Shown here in pieces: positions 1-12,200 of a DNA stretch of 64,000 nt. The notes beneath the pieces are model-generated. The model did no database searches and had not been told where the DNA came from. It saw only the letters and a program-made list of their open reading frames with translations. The translations under genes and the position numbers were made by a program. The stretch comes from Nannocystis bainbridge (GTDB lineage Bacteria; Myxococcota_A; Polyangia; Nannocystales; Nannocystaceae): the NCBI RefSeq assembly GCF_028368995.1, contig NZ_JAQNDL010000001.1, positions 1,056,001 through 1,120,000 of the forward strand. The letters are read 5' to 3'. Within the stretch, counting starts at the first letter, position 1. Each line of letters opens with the position of its first letter.

Positions 1-59
1 GACGGAGCTCCCGGGTATACTCCGCGCGCCATGTCCCCTGTCCACCCGGAGGCCGCGCC

Positions 60-1799
<1,740 letters not shown>

Positions 1800-1802
1800 G
1801 CC

Positions 1803-3500
1803 TCACAGCGGCGGGCAGATCGCCGCGATGTCGAGGTCGCCCGGCGCGAGTCCGCCGTGGGCCCCGGGGCACACCAGCTCGCCGCCCGACTTGTAGCATT
1901 TGCTCAGCGGGTCGCTGAAGCCCGGCGGCGGGGTGGTCACGCCCGGCATGCCGCAGTCGGGGTCCGGCAGGCGCTCCTCGGTCTCCGGCGGCTGCTCGAG
2001 CGGCCAGCGGCCCAGGTAGCCGAAGCGAATGTACGTCCCGAGGGTCGCGGCCGCGTACGCGTACGTGTCGTTGTTGCGGAACGCGAAGTTGTTGTGCCAG
2101 CAATCGTCGCCGCGGTCGTTCTCGTAGCCGGCGAGGTGCTTGATCTTCTTCAGCCCGTAGCCCTTGTCGGTCACCAGCTTGCCGGCGCACAGCGCCCCGT
2201 GGCCGTGGGTGTGGGTGTCCATGATCGGCGACAGCCGCGGCGTGTTGTCCCGCCACGGCACGAACATGTGGTGCATCGATTCGTGGAGCACCAGCCGCGG
2301 CACGTCGAACGACTGGCTCGGCGTCGAATAGGCCTTGGCGCACAGCTTCATGTTGCTCTTGACCGCGTGGTGTCCGCCCGGCCGCGAGGTGTTGCAGATG
2401 TCGCCGGGGCCGTCGGGCGTGCACTCGATGTCGAGCGTCAGGCCGCCGACCTCGTGGTCGTGGAAGGTCCGCCACAGCCGCGCGTAGGCGACCCGGATGG
2501 CGTCCAGCCGGTAATCGGCGTAGGGCCCGAAGTAGAACTGCAGCGCGGTGTTGGGGCCGACGTCTTCGCTCTCGTAGCTCATCAGCCGCTCGCCGGTCTC
2601 CGTGCCGCCCTCGGCCGCCCACAGGAACGCGCGCTCCTCCGGCGGGCTGGCGGCGACGAAGTCGAGCATCTGGCGCAGGCGGAACAGATCATGGGTGGCG
2701 CGCAGCCACGCGGCCCGGGTCTTGGCGCACTCGTCGAGGGTGCAGCCCGAGAGCGGGGGGAAGCTGACCGCCACCGGCGGCACCTCCGAGGCCAGCTCGT
2801 AGGCCAGCGCGTCGCAGTCGGCCTCGCGCGCCTGCGGCACCGTGTCGTCGATCGCCAGGGTCGCCACCGGGCCCGCGGCCTCGTCGCGGCGGTCGAACGC
2901 CGACACCATCGTCAAGGCCGCGCCGCCGAGGCCGCCCGGCGTCGGCGCGCGGGCGTAGGTCTTGAGCACGACCACCTGGTCCAAAGGCAAGGTCGGCGGC
3001 AGCACCAGCTCGGGCCCGCCGCCCGTCCCGGCCGCGTGGGTCAGGTGCACGGTCACGGCCCCGAGGTCGAGCGCGACCTCGTCGACGTCGTCGGCGCTGC
3101 GGTGGACCTGGTGACCGCGCACCGGCACGCGCACGTTGAGCAGCCGGCCCGCCGCGGCGGTGTCGAAGCGCAGGCCGGGGCGACCGCCGCGGGCGCGGAT
3201 GTCCGCCAGCAGCTCCGGCAGCCCGGCCGGCACCGGCAGCTCGGTCGACTCGCCCGGTTCGAGCTCGCGCTCGGTCGCGCCGACGTGCGACGGCTCGGCG
3301 CAGGCCAGGTCGCCGACCAGGTACGGGGCCTCGATCGCCGGCGTCGACGGCTCCGCCCCGGTCTCGCCGCCGCCGTGGCCGTCGCCGCCGTGCACGTCGA
3401 CCCCGGAGCAGGCCAGCGCGAGGCCCAACGGCGCGAGCGAGCCGACCCTCCACCAAGCGATCACGCCTCCGCGCATTGCTGTCGCACTCATGACAATCAC
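1803..3500 (-). CDS. Secreted or lipoprotein Zn metallopeptidase, M35 (aspzincin)-like
   Basis: Lipobox-like LALAC; HESMH (HEXXH) followed by VTDKGYG and NNDTY, resembling the M35 GTxDxxYG and NxDxY motifs. Start uncertain. Confidence 0.7.
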   Translation of the reverse strand: MIVMSATAMRGGVIAWWRVGSLAPLGLALACSGVDVHGGDGHGGGETGAEPSTPAIEAPYLVGDLACAEPSHVGATERELEPGESTELPVPAGLPELLADIRARGGRPGLRFDTAAAGRLLNVRVPVRGHQVHRSADDVDEVALDLGAVTVHLTHAAGTGGGPELVLPPTLPLDQVVVLKTYARAPTPGGLGGAALTMVSAFDRRDEAAGPVATLAIDDTVPQAREADCDALAYELASEVPPVAVSFPPLSGCTLDECAKTRAAWLRATHDLFRLRQMLDFVAASPPEERAFLWAAEGGTETGERLMSYESEDVGPNTALQFYFGPYADYRLDAIRVAYARLWRTFHDHEVGGLTLDIECTPDGPGDICNTSRPGGHHAVKSNMKLCAKAYSTPSQSFDVPRLVLHESMHHMFVPWRDNTPRLSPIMDTHTHGHGALCAGKLVTDKGYGLKKIKHLAGYENDRGDDCWHNNFAFRNNDTYAYAAATLGTYIRFGYLGRWPLEQPPETEERLPDPDCGMPGVTTPPPGFSDPLSKCYKSGGELVCPGAHGGLAPGDLDIAAICPPL

Positions 3501-4243
3501 TCCCGGTTGGCGAACACGGCCGCGTCGCCGCGGCGATGGACCGCCGGCGGGTGCAGCAACGAATCGACGAATGGCGGCCGGCTAAGCGAGGCTACGAATC
3601 GTGGTGTGATGAATCGGCCGCGTCAGAGCGGCGCGGGCATTCACGAATGAACGCCGCGAAGACGCAGGTCGGACCGCGCATCGGCCCGGCGATGCGCCGA
3701 TCCGACGGGGAGCGGCGTATGCAGTCGCCGCGTTCGTGGGAGTCCGTTCATGGGGCCTGCTCGCGCTCCTGGTCCTCCGCGCCCTCCGACGCGGCCTCCG
3801 AACAGCGTGGCCGCGTCCGGTCGCCCGATTCACCGCCGGGTGGGGCGGATCACGCGCCGGAGCGGGGACGCTTGCTCGCTTGCCCGCATCGCCGCGCCGG
3901 TCCGCGGCGACTCGTGCGAGGGCGACGAATCACCGCGGCCGATCGGCGATCGCCGGCCGCGCACCGCGACCGTGATCCAGCGCAGAGCCGCGGAGCCGCG
4001 AGCGCCTCGCCAGCCCGCCGCCGGCCCGCGCCCGGAGCGGCGGACGCCCCGCAGGCCCTCGCGCTCACGCGCGCACCGGACCGCGCGTTTCAGCCGACGC
4101 AACCGGCCCGCGACTGCGACGATGCAAACACCATTTCGGTGGCCATGCCGGCGGCGCCGCCGACGACACTGGCACATGTTCCAATTGCACGAGGGCCGGT
4201 CGACTCGTCGCTCGAGTCGCCGGCCCTCGCCACGCGCGCCGCG

Positions 4244-4657
4244 CTAGGCGGTCTTGCGTGCGGCCATGTAGGCCTCGGTCAGCGCCGGGTCGGCCGCGAT
4301 CTCGAACATCATGGCTTCGAGCTTGGCGCGGTCGAGGCCGTGCTTGGCGAGCGCGTCGTCGGCGTGCTCGGGGTCGGCCGCGATCTCCTTGGCGACCGCG
4401 GCGGCGATCTGGACCTTCTCCGAGCCCGGGTCCGGCTTGACCGGCTGCTCGGGCTTGGGCGCCGGCTCGGCGTCCTTGATCTCGGGCTTCGGCTGCTCGG
4501 TCTTGGTCACCGTGGTCGTCTTGGTCTCGACCTTGGTCGTCTTGGTGACCTCGGTCTTCTTGGTGTCGCCGCCGCAAGCGGGCAGCGCGAGGGCGAGGGC
4601 GCACAGGGTCGCCGCGAGGCGGCCGGCGCGATGAAGCGAATGGCTGGAGTGATGCAT
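4244..4657 (-). CDS. Hypothetical lipoprotein
   Basis: ATG preceded by GAGGAG; signal ending LALPAC; Thr/Lys-rich linker; typical codon usage. Confidence 0.8.
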   Translation of the reverse strand: MHHSSHSLHRAGRLAATLCALALALPACGGDTKKTEVTKTTKVETKTTTVTKTEQPKPEIKDAEPAPKPEQPVKPDPGSEKVQIAAAVAKEIAADPEHADDALAKHGLDRAKLEAMMFEIAADPALTEAYMAARKTA

Positions 4658-4674
4658 GGCGATGGCTCCTCTCT

Positions 4675-5658
4675 TCACTGCGGCGGGGCGGTCTTGTCCT
4701 GCTTCGCGGCCTTGGCCTCGAGCTTGGCGTCGGTCTTGGCGTCGCGCTTGTCCTGGCGCTGCTCCGCCTTCTCCTCGCGCTGCTCGAGCCGGCTCTCCTT
4801 GGCGTCGAGCTTGGCGTCCTGCTTCTCGAGCTTGGTCGCGGCCTTGTCGAGCTTCGTCTCGGCCTTGTCGAGCTTGGCCCCCATCTGCTCGAGCCGCTTC
4901 TTCTCCGCCTCGAGCCCGGCCTTCTCGTCGCCGGACGCGGTCGCCAGCTTGGCCTCGACCTCGCGCAGCCGCAGCTCGACCTGGCCGCTCTTCTCGGTGA
5001 TCGCCTCGGTCGAAGTCGCCAGCTTCTCCTGGCGCTTGTCGTGGCGCTCCTTGGCGACCAGGACCTTCTTCTGGCCCTTGGCCACCAGCTCCAGCCGCTT
5101 CTCGAGCAGCTTGGTGCGCCGCTCGCCGTACTGCAGGGCCAGCGCGTCGAGCTTGACCTTGAGCTTGTCGGCCTCCTCGGCCGTCAGCTCCTTGGCGTCC
5201 TCCTTGCGGTCCTTGAGCTTGGCGGCCAGCTTGGGCCCGCGCAGCCCGCCGGCCACCTGGACGCGCACCCACTTGCCGAAGCCCGCGTGGGCCTTGCCGC
5301 GCTTGGCGGTCGCGTCGGCCTCCTCGGCGACCAGGTCGGTGGCCTCGCCGGCGCCGAGCCCGACCTCCTGCGTCACGACCAGCGCCTCCCGCAGGTCGGC
5401 CTCCGGCACCCCGGCCGCGCGCGCGTCGGCGGCGGCGAGCGGCAGGTCGATGACGGCGAGGATGTCGTCGCTGAGCGCCTCCTGGTCGGAGACCTTGATG
5501 TTGGCCGAGGCGCCCGCCTTGGCCGGGGCCGGGGCCGCGGTCGTGGCAGTGACGGGCGGCGGACTCGGGGGCAAGTCGGCGCGTCCTGCCGCCGGCAGCA
5601 GCAGCGCCAGCGCGAAGGCGCCGGCGGAGACAACTCCTGTGTGCTTGTGCATGGTCAT
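4675..5658 (-). CDS. Secreted protein with long Lys/Glu-rich coiled-coil C-terminus
   Basis: MTMHKHT start with signal peptide (AFALALLLPAAGRA); repeated KLDKAETKLDKA-type heptads. Confidence 0.8.
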   Translation of the reverse strand: MTMHKHTGVVSAGAFALALLLPAAGRADLPPSPPPVTATTAAPAPAKAGASANIKVSDQEALSDDILAVIDLPLAAADARAAGVPEADLREALVVTQEVGLGAGEATDLVAEEADATAKRGKAHAGFGKWVRVQVAGGLRGPKLAAKLKDRKEDAKELTAEEADKLKVKLDALALQYGERRTKLLEKRLELVAKGQKKVLVAKERHDKRQEKLATSTEAITEKSGQVELRLREVEAKLATASGDEKAGLEAEKKRLEQMGAKLDKAETKLDKAATKLEKQDAKLDAKESRLEQREEKAEQRQDKRDAKTDAKLEAKAAKQDKTAPPQ

Positions 5659-5856
5659 CGAAACTCCGGCGCCGAGGATAGACGACTTCGCGCGGCCGCG
5701 AATAGTCCCACCAGGTGCGGCCGCGACACGACGCCTGCGGGCCGCAGGCCCCGGACGCGAACTCGCAGGACCGCGCGGGTTGTGACGGTCGTCAATCACC
5801 GAGCAGCGAGCTCGACCGTGGCCCCGGCGCGGCCGGCGGTCGGCGTCGCTGGCACC

Positions 5857-5954
5857 TGTCCGCGAGGACATTCCCGATCGAACATTTTTCTTCGGACATG
5901 CCCGGATAGACATGCCCGAAGGGACATGCCCGAAGGGACATTCACGATCGGTCA
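5857..5954. repeat. Array of about 7 head-to-tail 14-bp TGYC-N6-GACA-like units
   Basis: Units start at 5857, 5871, 5885, 5899, 5913, 5927 and 5941; two identical TGCCCGAAGGGACA copies. Confidence 0.9.
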
Positions 5955-6494
5955 GCGCGGGCGGAACGCGTCGGGCTCGTCCTGCACGCGGCCCTCGAGC
6001 CAGCCAGCGCGCGCGTCGGGGAACGCGTCGGCGTACGGCACGTACGGCTTGAGGTCGAGCACCGGGGTGCCGTCGAGGATGTCGAGCCCGAGCACGTGGA
6101 CCACGCCGGCCTCGATCGCGGTGATCCGCAGGCACGACAGCCCGATCGGGCTCGGCCGGTGCGGCGCGCGGGTCGAGAACAGCCCGACCGATCGCCCCGG
6201 GTCGCGCGGCGACCTGACCTTCAGGCCATATCCCTGGTTGAGGTGGAACACGAACAGGCACCAGATCCGCTCGAACTCGGCCAGGTCCTGCAGGCCGGCC
6301 GCGAACTCGGGCAGCACCTCGATGCGGCCGGGCAGCGCCCGATCTTCCTTGACCTGGGTGGTGATCGTCGGCTGGCGCGGGGTCCCGAACCGCTCGGTGT
6401 ACGGCGAGCGCACCACGCCGATCGGGGCGAACGAGAAGCTCGGGCGCTCATCGCGGCCGGTGGTGTGGTCCTGCTCGGGGATGCTGCGGCGCAC
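5952..6494 (-). CDS. tsaA: tRNA m6t6A37 methyltransferase TrmO/TsaA
   Basis: PIGVVRSPY..RFGTPRQP, GLFSTRAPHRPSPIGLS and DILDGTPVLDLKPY family motifs. Confidence 0.92.
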   Translation of the reverse strand: MRRSIPEQDHTTGRDERPSFSFAPIGVVRSPYTERFGTPRQPTITTQVKEDRALPGRIEVLPEFAAGLQDLAEFERIWCLFVFHLNQGYGLKVRSPRDPGRSVGLFSTRAPHRPSPIGLSCLRITAIEAGVVHVLGLDILDGTPVLDLKPYVPYADAFPDARAGWLEGRVQDEPDAFRPR

Positions 6495-6600
6495 GCGGCG
6501 ATCCTAGCCCAGATCGCCGGTTTCGCGCCCGCGCGTGCGCAGGAGCACGTAGGCGCGCCCTGGCGGGCCCGGCCGCGCTTGGGCTAAGAGCCTGCTCCTC

Positions 6601-7956
6601 GTGGGCGAGGTCCTCGCAGAGTTGAGGCGGCTCGCCGTCCTCGCCGTGCCGCTGGCGCTGACCCAGCTCGGCAACATGATGCTCGGCATCGTCGACATGC
6701 TGATGCTCGGGCGCGTCGGTCGCGAGGCCCTCGACGCCGCGGCGCTCGGCAACCTGTGGGGCTACGCGGTCCTGACGATCGGCATGGGCATGGTGCTCGG
6801 CTGCGACCCGTTCATCGCCCAGGCCCACGGCGCCGGCGACGGCCGCACCCTCGGCCTCACGCTGCAGCGCGGCGTGGTCCTGGCGGTGATCGCGAGCGTG
6901 CCGGTGATGCTGCTGTGGCTGCTCGCCGGCCCCGGCCTGCAGCTGCTCGGCCAGGCCCCGCACCTCGCGGTCCAGGCCCACGAGTACCTGCTCGCGCAGC
7001 TGCCCGGCGCGCCGGCGGTGCTGCTGTACGTGGCCATGCGCTCGTACTTGCAGGGCCGCGGGATCACCGGCCCGGCGCTGGTCGTCATGCTGGCGGCCAA
7101 CATCGTCAACGTCGGCCTCAACTACTGGCTCATCTTCGGCGGCCTCGGCGTGCCCGCGCTCGGGGCCGTCGGCGCCGGCATCGCCACCGGCGTGGTGCGC
7201 GTGCTCATGGCCGCGGCGCTCGCCTGGTTGATCGTGCGCCGCGGCATGCACCACGGCGCGTGGGTGCCGTGGTCGCGGGCCGCGCTCGACCGCACCGCCC
7301 TCCTTGCGATCGCCGGCGTCGGCGTCGGCATCGGCCTCCAGCTCGGGCTCGAGATCTGGGCCTTCCAGGCGGCGATGCTGTTCGCCGGCTGGCTGGGCGA
7401 CGCCCCGCTCGCGGCCTACACGATCGTCCTCAACCTCGCCTCCGTCAGCTTCATGATCCCGGTCGGGATCGCCATGGCGGCAGTGACCCGCGTCGGCAAC
7501 CTGCTCGGCTCGGACCGCCTCCGCGAGGCCGAGCGCGCGGCGTGGGTCGCCCTGGGTCTCGGGGCGGCTGTCATGTGCGCCTCGGCGGTGCTGATGTACG
7601 GCCTGCGCAGCGAGCTGCCGGCGCTGTTCAAGGCCGACGCCGAGGTCTATGCGCTGGCGGCGGCCAGCCTGCCGATCGCCGCCGCGTTCCAGCTGTTCGA
7701 CGGCGTCCAGGTGGTCGGCTTCGGGGTCCTGCGCGCCATGGGCCGCACGCGTTACGCCGCGGTCATCAACTTCTTCGGCTACTACGCGGTCGCCCTGCCG
7801 CTCGCGTGGTGGCTGGCGTTCGAGCGCGGCCACGGCATCGCCGGGCTGTGGTGGGGCCTCACCGTCGGCCTTGCGCTGGTGGCGGTCGCGCTGCTCGCGT
7901 GGATCGCCGCCCGCGGCCCGGCCACGGCCCGGAAGATCGCGCTCGAACAGCGTTAG
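6601..7956 (+). CDS. MATE family efflux transporter
   Basis: About 12 hydrophobic segments; LAVPLALTQLGNMMLGIVD, QAHGAG and QLFDGVQVVGFGVLRAMG (NorM-like). Confidence 0.93.
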   Translation: MGEVLAELRRLAVLAVPLALTQLGNMMLGIVDMLMLGRVGREALDAAALGNLWGYAVLTIGMGMVLGCDPFIAQAHGAGDGRTLGLTLQRGVVLAVIASVPVMLLWLLAGPGLQLLGQAPHLAVQAHEYLLAQLPGAPAVLLYVAMRSYLQGRGITGPALVVMLAANIVNVGLNYWLIFGGLGVPALGAVGAGIATGVVRVLMAAALAWLIVRRGMHHGAWVPWSRAALDRTALLAIAGVGVGIGLQLGLEIWAFQAAMLFAGWLGDAPLAAYTIVLNLASVSFMIPVGIAMAAVTRVGNLLGSDRLREAERAAWVALGLGAAVMCASAVLMYGLRSELPALFKADAEVYALAAASLPIAAAFQLFDGVQVVGFGVLRAMGRTRYAAVINFFGYYAVALPLAWWLAFERGHGIAGLWWGLTVGLALVAVALLAWIAARGPATARKIALEQR

Positions 7957-8026
7957 TGCCGCCGCGTCACGTCGTGGTGAGCGCCGGCGGTCGCGCGAGC
8001 GGCGGGCATTGAGTATCGTGCCGGCC

Positions 8027-9577
8027 ATGAAAACGGACACGGACGTGATCGTCGTCGGCGCCGGCCACAACGGGTTGGTCGCGGCGCTGTTGCTCGCCAG
8101 GCGCGGCCTGCGAGTGCGGGTGCTCGAGGAGAAGGACGTCGTCGGCGGCGCCGTCCGCACCGAGAAGCCGTTCGCGCGCGCTCCCGACCTTGCGATCTCG
8201 ACCGGCGCCTACCTGCTCGGACTGATGCAGCCGGAGCTGCTGAAGATCACCGGCGTCGACCTGCCGCTGCGGCGCCGCGACCCGCACTACTTCCTGCCGA
8301 CCACCGACGGCCGCTACCTGCTGCTCGGCTCCGACGCCGCCGAGACCCGGCGCCAGTACGCCGCCTTCTCCTCCGAGGCCGACTGGCACGCCGACCAGGC
8401 GATGCAGGCCGAGCTGGCCCAGCTGCGCGAGGACCTGGCGCCGTCGTGGTTTCACGAGCCGCTGTCGCTCGAGGACACCGCCGAGCGCTACGTCCGCAGC
8501 TCGATGCGCCAGGTGTTCGTCGACCTGTGCCGCAAGCCGGTCGGCGACTACATCGATCGCTTCCCGTTCAAGAGCGACCTGATCCGGGCGATGTACGCCT
8601 CGACCGACGGCTTCACCGGCGTCTACGGCACCTGGGACACGCCGGGCACCGGCATGAACTTCCTCGTCCACAACATGTGCCGCCTGCCCGGCGCGGCCGG
8701 CACGTGGATGCTGGTCGAGGGCGGCATGGGCACCGTGTCGCAGAAGTTCGCCGCCGCCGCGCGGGCCGCCGGCGCCGTCATCGACACGAACAACGGCGTC
8801 CAGCAGATCCTGGTCGAAAACGGCGCCGCCGTCGGCGTGCTCACCCACAAGGGCGAGGAGCTGCGCGCGCGCGTGGTGCTCGTCGGCGCCGACCCGTTCC
8901 GCATGCGCGACATGGCCGGCCGCGACAACTTCCCCGCCGACTACAACACCCGCCTCGACTCGATGCGCCGCGACGGCACCTCGCTCAAGGTCAACCTCGC
9001 GCTCAAGGGCCTGCCGCAGTTCACCTGCCTGCCGGTCGACCGCGGCCAGTACGGCCCGACGATCCACCTGCTGCCCGACGAGGAGGTGGTGATCCGCAGC
9101 TTCGGCGAGGCGTTCCGCGCGGTCCAGGCCGGCAAGCTGCCCGACTTCCCGGTCATCGACTGGTACATCCACACCACCGTCGACCCGACCATGCGCGACC
9201 AACACGGCCACCACAACTCGGCCCTGTTCGTGTCATGGGTCCCCTACGAGCTCGCCGGCACCACCTGGGAGCAAGAGGAGAGCCGCTACGTCAAGCACCT
9301 GCTGTCGATCTGCGACCGCTTCGCCCCCGGCACCAGCGACCTGGTGGTCGACACGTTCGTGCTCCCTCCGCCGAAGATCGAGCAACACTTCGGCATCACC
9401 CGCGGCCACATCCTCCACGTCGACAACACCTACGGCTTCGACCAGCGCGTGCCCTACCGCCAGCCGATCGCCGGCCTCTACGCCGCCTCCGCCGGCACCC
9501 ACCCCGGCGGCGGCGTGATCGGCTGCGGCGGCCACAACGCCGCGATGGCCGCGCTCAAGGACCTCGGCCTGAACTGA
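8027..9577 (+). CDS. FAD-dependent oxidoreductase, phytoene desaturase superfamily
   Basis: VIVVGAGHNGLVAA dinucleotide-binding motif, GGMG, and C-terminal THPGGGVIG..GHNAA. Confidence 0.9.
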   Translation: MKTDTDVIVVGAGHNGLVAALLLARRGLRVRVLEEKDVVGGAVRTEKPFARAPDLAISTGAYLLGLMQPELLKITGVDLPLRRRDPHYFLPTTDGRYLLLGSDAAETRRQYAAFSSEADWHADQAMQAELAQLREDLAPSWFHEPLSLEDTAERYVRSSMRQVFVDLCRKPVGDYIDRFPFKSDLIRAMYASTDGFTGVYGTWDTPGTGMNFLVHNMCRLPGAAGTWMLVEGGMGTVSQKFAAAARAAGAVIDTNNGVQQILVENGAAVGVLTHKGEELRARVVLVGADPFRMRDMAGRDNFPADYNTRLDSMRRDGTSLKVNLALKGLPQFTCLPVDRGQYGPTIHLLPDEEVVIRSFGEAFRAVQAGKLPDFPVIDWYIHTTVDPTMRDQHGHHNSALFVSWVPYELAGTTWEQEESRYVKHLLSICDRFAPGTSDLVVDTFVLPPPKIEQHFGITRGHILHVDNTYGFDQRVPYRQPIAGLYAASAGTHPGGGVIGCGGHNAAMAALKDLGLN

Positions 9578-9639
9578 AGGACATGCCCTCCGGGGCATGT
9601 GCTGAAGAGCATGTCGGAAGGGGCATGTTTTCAAAAACA
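9570..9639. repeat. 14-bp unit array (about 5 units) between convergent genes
   Basis: CATG junctions at 9582, 9596, 9610, 9624 and 9638, each 14 bp apart. Confidence 0.88.
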
Positions 9640-9707
9640 TGCCCCTTCTTACGTCGCACCGCCGGCCTCCCCGGACCTCCCGGGAATGGCGATCCGGGCC
9701 GGCAGCG

Positions 9708-10265
9708 TCACCCGGGCCACACGCACATGCGCGGCCCGGTCTCCGTGAACGCCCAAAGATTGGTGCACGCGGACGCGAACGGCTCCGGACACTCGACGCA
9801 GCGCATCGCGGCGTCAGGGCAATCGGCGTCGACGTCACAGAGGACCAGACAGACCCCCGGGACCTCCGCGTCCAACGGGCAGATCGACTGCATCTGCAGC
9901 GGCGACGGCGGGCAGCGGACAAAGCCAGGCCCGAACTCGTCGCAGGACGGCCCGCATACCGAGCCCTCCGGCGCCTTCACGCACAGCTTGCACTCGTCGC
10001 CCTGCGGGCACGGCCCATGCTGGCCGAGCCCGTCGCCCAGGTCGACCGCCGGCTCCGGGTCCGGCTCGGGCGCCGTCGTCGGCTCGGGCGCCGTCGTCCC
10101 CTCCGACGTCGTCGTCGGCTCCATCGAAGCAGTCGTCCCCGTCGAAGCAGTCGTCCCCTGGCCTGTCGCTATCGACGACCCCTGATCGCCGCTGTCCGTC
10201 CCACCGCCCTTTTCGGGCCCACAGCCCACGATCCACACCAGCGCCAGCATCCGGCTCGCTCGCAT
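9708..10265 (-). CDS. Cys-rich hypothetical lipoprotein
   Basis: MRASRMLALVWIVGC signal, Thr/Glu/Pro linker, C-terminal domain with many Cys; GAGGAG before the ATG. Confidence 0.8.
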   Translation of the reverse strand: MRASRMLALVWIVGCGPEKGGGTDSGDQGSSIATGQGTTASTGTTASMEPTTTSEGTTAPEPTTAPEPDPEPAVDLGDGLGQHGPCPQGDECKLCVKAPEGSVCGPSCDEFGPGFVRCPPSPLQMQSICPLDAEVPGVCLVLCDVDADCPDAAMRCVECPEPFASACTNLWAFTETGPRMCVWPG

Positions 10266-10408
10266 CTCCTCATGATGGCCGCCCCCGGAGCGACCTGTCA
10301 ATCTTCGCCGCCGCACGCCTGTGGCCAAGGCGACCGCTCCCAGGTCCGCGCCGACGCCTCGCTCGCGCCGAAGCCGTCCGCGAGACCCGAGAGCGCCGCG
10401 GATACAGA

Positions 10409-10463
10409 TGTCCTGAGAGCCATGCACTTTAGAACATGTTCTTCACGACATGTTCGAAGAGCA
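10409..10463. repeat. 14-bp unit array (3-4 units) in a divergent intergenic region
   Basis: tgtcctgagagcca|tgcactttagaaca|tgttcttcacgaca|tgttcgaagagca. Confidence 0.8.
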
Positions 10464-10600
10464 CAGCCCCACGCGTCAGCAGCCTCAGCCCGGCGACCAC
10501 GGTGCCCGGCGCGAGCGACCGCAGGACCCTGAGCCTGAACGGCGCCACGCAGCGCGCCAGCGCAGACAGCCCGCGATGCTTGCGGCAAGCTCGCGCCGCC

Positions 10601-10939
10601 ATGAACGCATCCGCTCCGCGTACCAAAGACCTGAGGAACCTCTTCATCATGGGCACCGCGGCCATTCCGGTGGGCCACGAGATCGAGTGCGTGACCTACA
10701 CGAAGACGAGCAAGGTGCTGCTCATGACCCACACGGCGAAGTACCAGCTGCTGACCGACCTGGTGACCGGCGTGGTGTACATGCCGTGGGTCAACGAAGG
10801 CGATACGCCGCCCTGGGAAGAGGACGACGTGGAGGTGGAGAGCCGAGTGCGCGGACGGGTTGTGCAATGCCTGGTCCAGACCATGACCCACGCCGACGGC
10901 ACCGCGGGCACCAGGCTGCTCGTGGAAGTGAGCCGGTGA
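10601..10939 (+). CDS. Hypothetical protein
   Basis: Protein-like composition and GC3-rich codons from ATG 10601; no motif recognised. Confidence 0.65.
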   Translation: MNASAPRTKDLRNLFIMGTAAIPVGHEIECVTYTKTSKVLLMTHTAKYQLLTDLVTGVVYMPWVNEGDTPPWEEDDVEVESRVRGRVVQCLVQTMTHADGTAGTRLLVEVSR

Positions 10940-11248
10940 CCCTGGGCCCCGTTCGCCTCACGTAGGCGCCGTGAACGCGACGAACCTCTGCTCAAAGCAG
11001 ACGCTCACCGAAATTCATCGATCCCACGGTTGGCTCGAATGCTGGCGATCGCGTCGTCGAGAGTGATCGCCGCCGACTTCCTGCTCCCGCCTCTTCAAAG
11101 AAGAGACGCACCCGCGGCGCGCTGAATTCCCGCGTTCGAACCGTCCGCGTTTGCCCAGCGCGCAGGGCCCGCGCGCTCCGATTCCGCGCCAGGCGCGCGG
11201 CGCATTTTTTCGTGACACACTCGGGCTCCCGGCTCGCACTCACCCGAC

Positions 11249-11887
11249 ATGCCCAGCTCCCGGCCCGCTCCGTCCGTCGAGGCGCTGCTCGCGTTGATGC
11301 AGCGCGGCGACCTGCGCGCGCTCGACCACCTCGCGCGGGCTTACGGCGAGCGGCTGCTCGCGGTCGCGCGGCGGCGCTGCGACCTGCGCGAGGACGCCGA
11401 GGACGCCGTGCAGCAGGCCCTGCTCGCGGCCGGCGCGGCGATGACCGGCTACCGCGGCGAGGGCTCTCCGCTGGCGTGGCTCTCGACCCTCGTCGCCCGC
11501 ACCTGCTGGCGGATGAACCGCAAGGCCGCGGCGACCGCCGACCTCGACGACGTCCCCTGCACCTGCGACGACCCGGCCGAGGTCGCCGAGCGGCGCGAGC
11601 TCGGCGCCAGCCTCGGCGACGCGCTCATGACCCTGTCGCGCACCGATCGCCTGGCCTTCTTGCTCGCCGCCGAGGGCGTCAGCAGCGTCGAGATCGCCGA
11701 GCGCTTCTCGCTCACACACGACGCCGTGCGCAGCCGGCTCAAGCGCGCCCGCAAGGTCCTGCGCGCCGCCCTCGAAAATCGTGACACACCGCCGGCCCGC
11801 GGCCGCACTGCATCGACGAGCCCCACGAAAGGACCGCTCTTCGATGACGACCTCGCCCAATTCCTCGCCCCATCACCGCAGCGATGA
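11249..11887 (+). CDS. ECF (sigma-70 group 4) sigma factor
   Basis: Region 2 DAEDAVQQA..WLSTLVAR; region 4 EIAERFSLTHDAVRSRLKRAR; CTC in the linker. Confidence 0.9.
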   Translation: MPSSRPAPSVEALLALMQRGDLRALDHLARAYGERLLAVARRRCDLREDAEDAVQQALLAAGAAMTGYRGEGSPLAWLSTLVARTCWRMNRKAAATADLDDVPCTCDDPAEVAERRELGASLGDALMTLSRTDRLAFLLAAEGVSSVEIAERFSLTHDAVRSRLKRARKVLRAALENRDTPPARGRTASTSPTKGPLFDDDLAQFLAPSPQR

Positions 11888-12173
11888 CGCCTCGTTCGCC
11901 GCCGACGTCGCGGCCTCGCCCTACGTCCTCGTCAAGTTCGCCGGCGCCTGGTGCCCGCCCTGCCGCGCGCTCCAGCCGACCCTCGACGCGATCGCCCGCG
12001 ACCGCAGCGACCTCGCGGTGTTCGACGTCGACGTCGACGCCAGCCACGCCCTCGCCGAGCGGTTCGGCGTGCGCAGCATCCCGACCCTGGTCGCCTTCCG
12101 CGACGGCCAGCCGATCGGCCAGCTCGTCGGCAACCAGCCGCGCGCCCGCATCGAGGCGCTGCTGCGCGGCTGA
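11844..12173 (+). CDS. Thioredoxin
   Basis: WCPPC active site, FGVRSIPTL; AAAGGA before the ATG; overlaps the end of the sigma ORF. Confidence 0.92.
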   Translation: MTTSPNSSPHHRSDDASFAADVAASPYVLVKFAGAWCPPCRALQPTLDAIARDRSDLAVFDVDVDASHALAERFGVRSIPTLVAFRDGQPIGQLVGNQPRARIEALLRG

Positions 12174-12200
12174 TCACCGGCTCCACGCGGCCGGCCCGCG

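Noticed and set aside
3501-4243. Long gap with short ORFs (3736-3975) and several GAAT/GAATC words
   Set aside because: No convincing codon bias, RBS, periodicity or RNA family signature.
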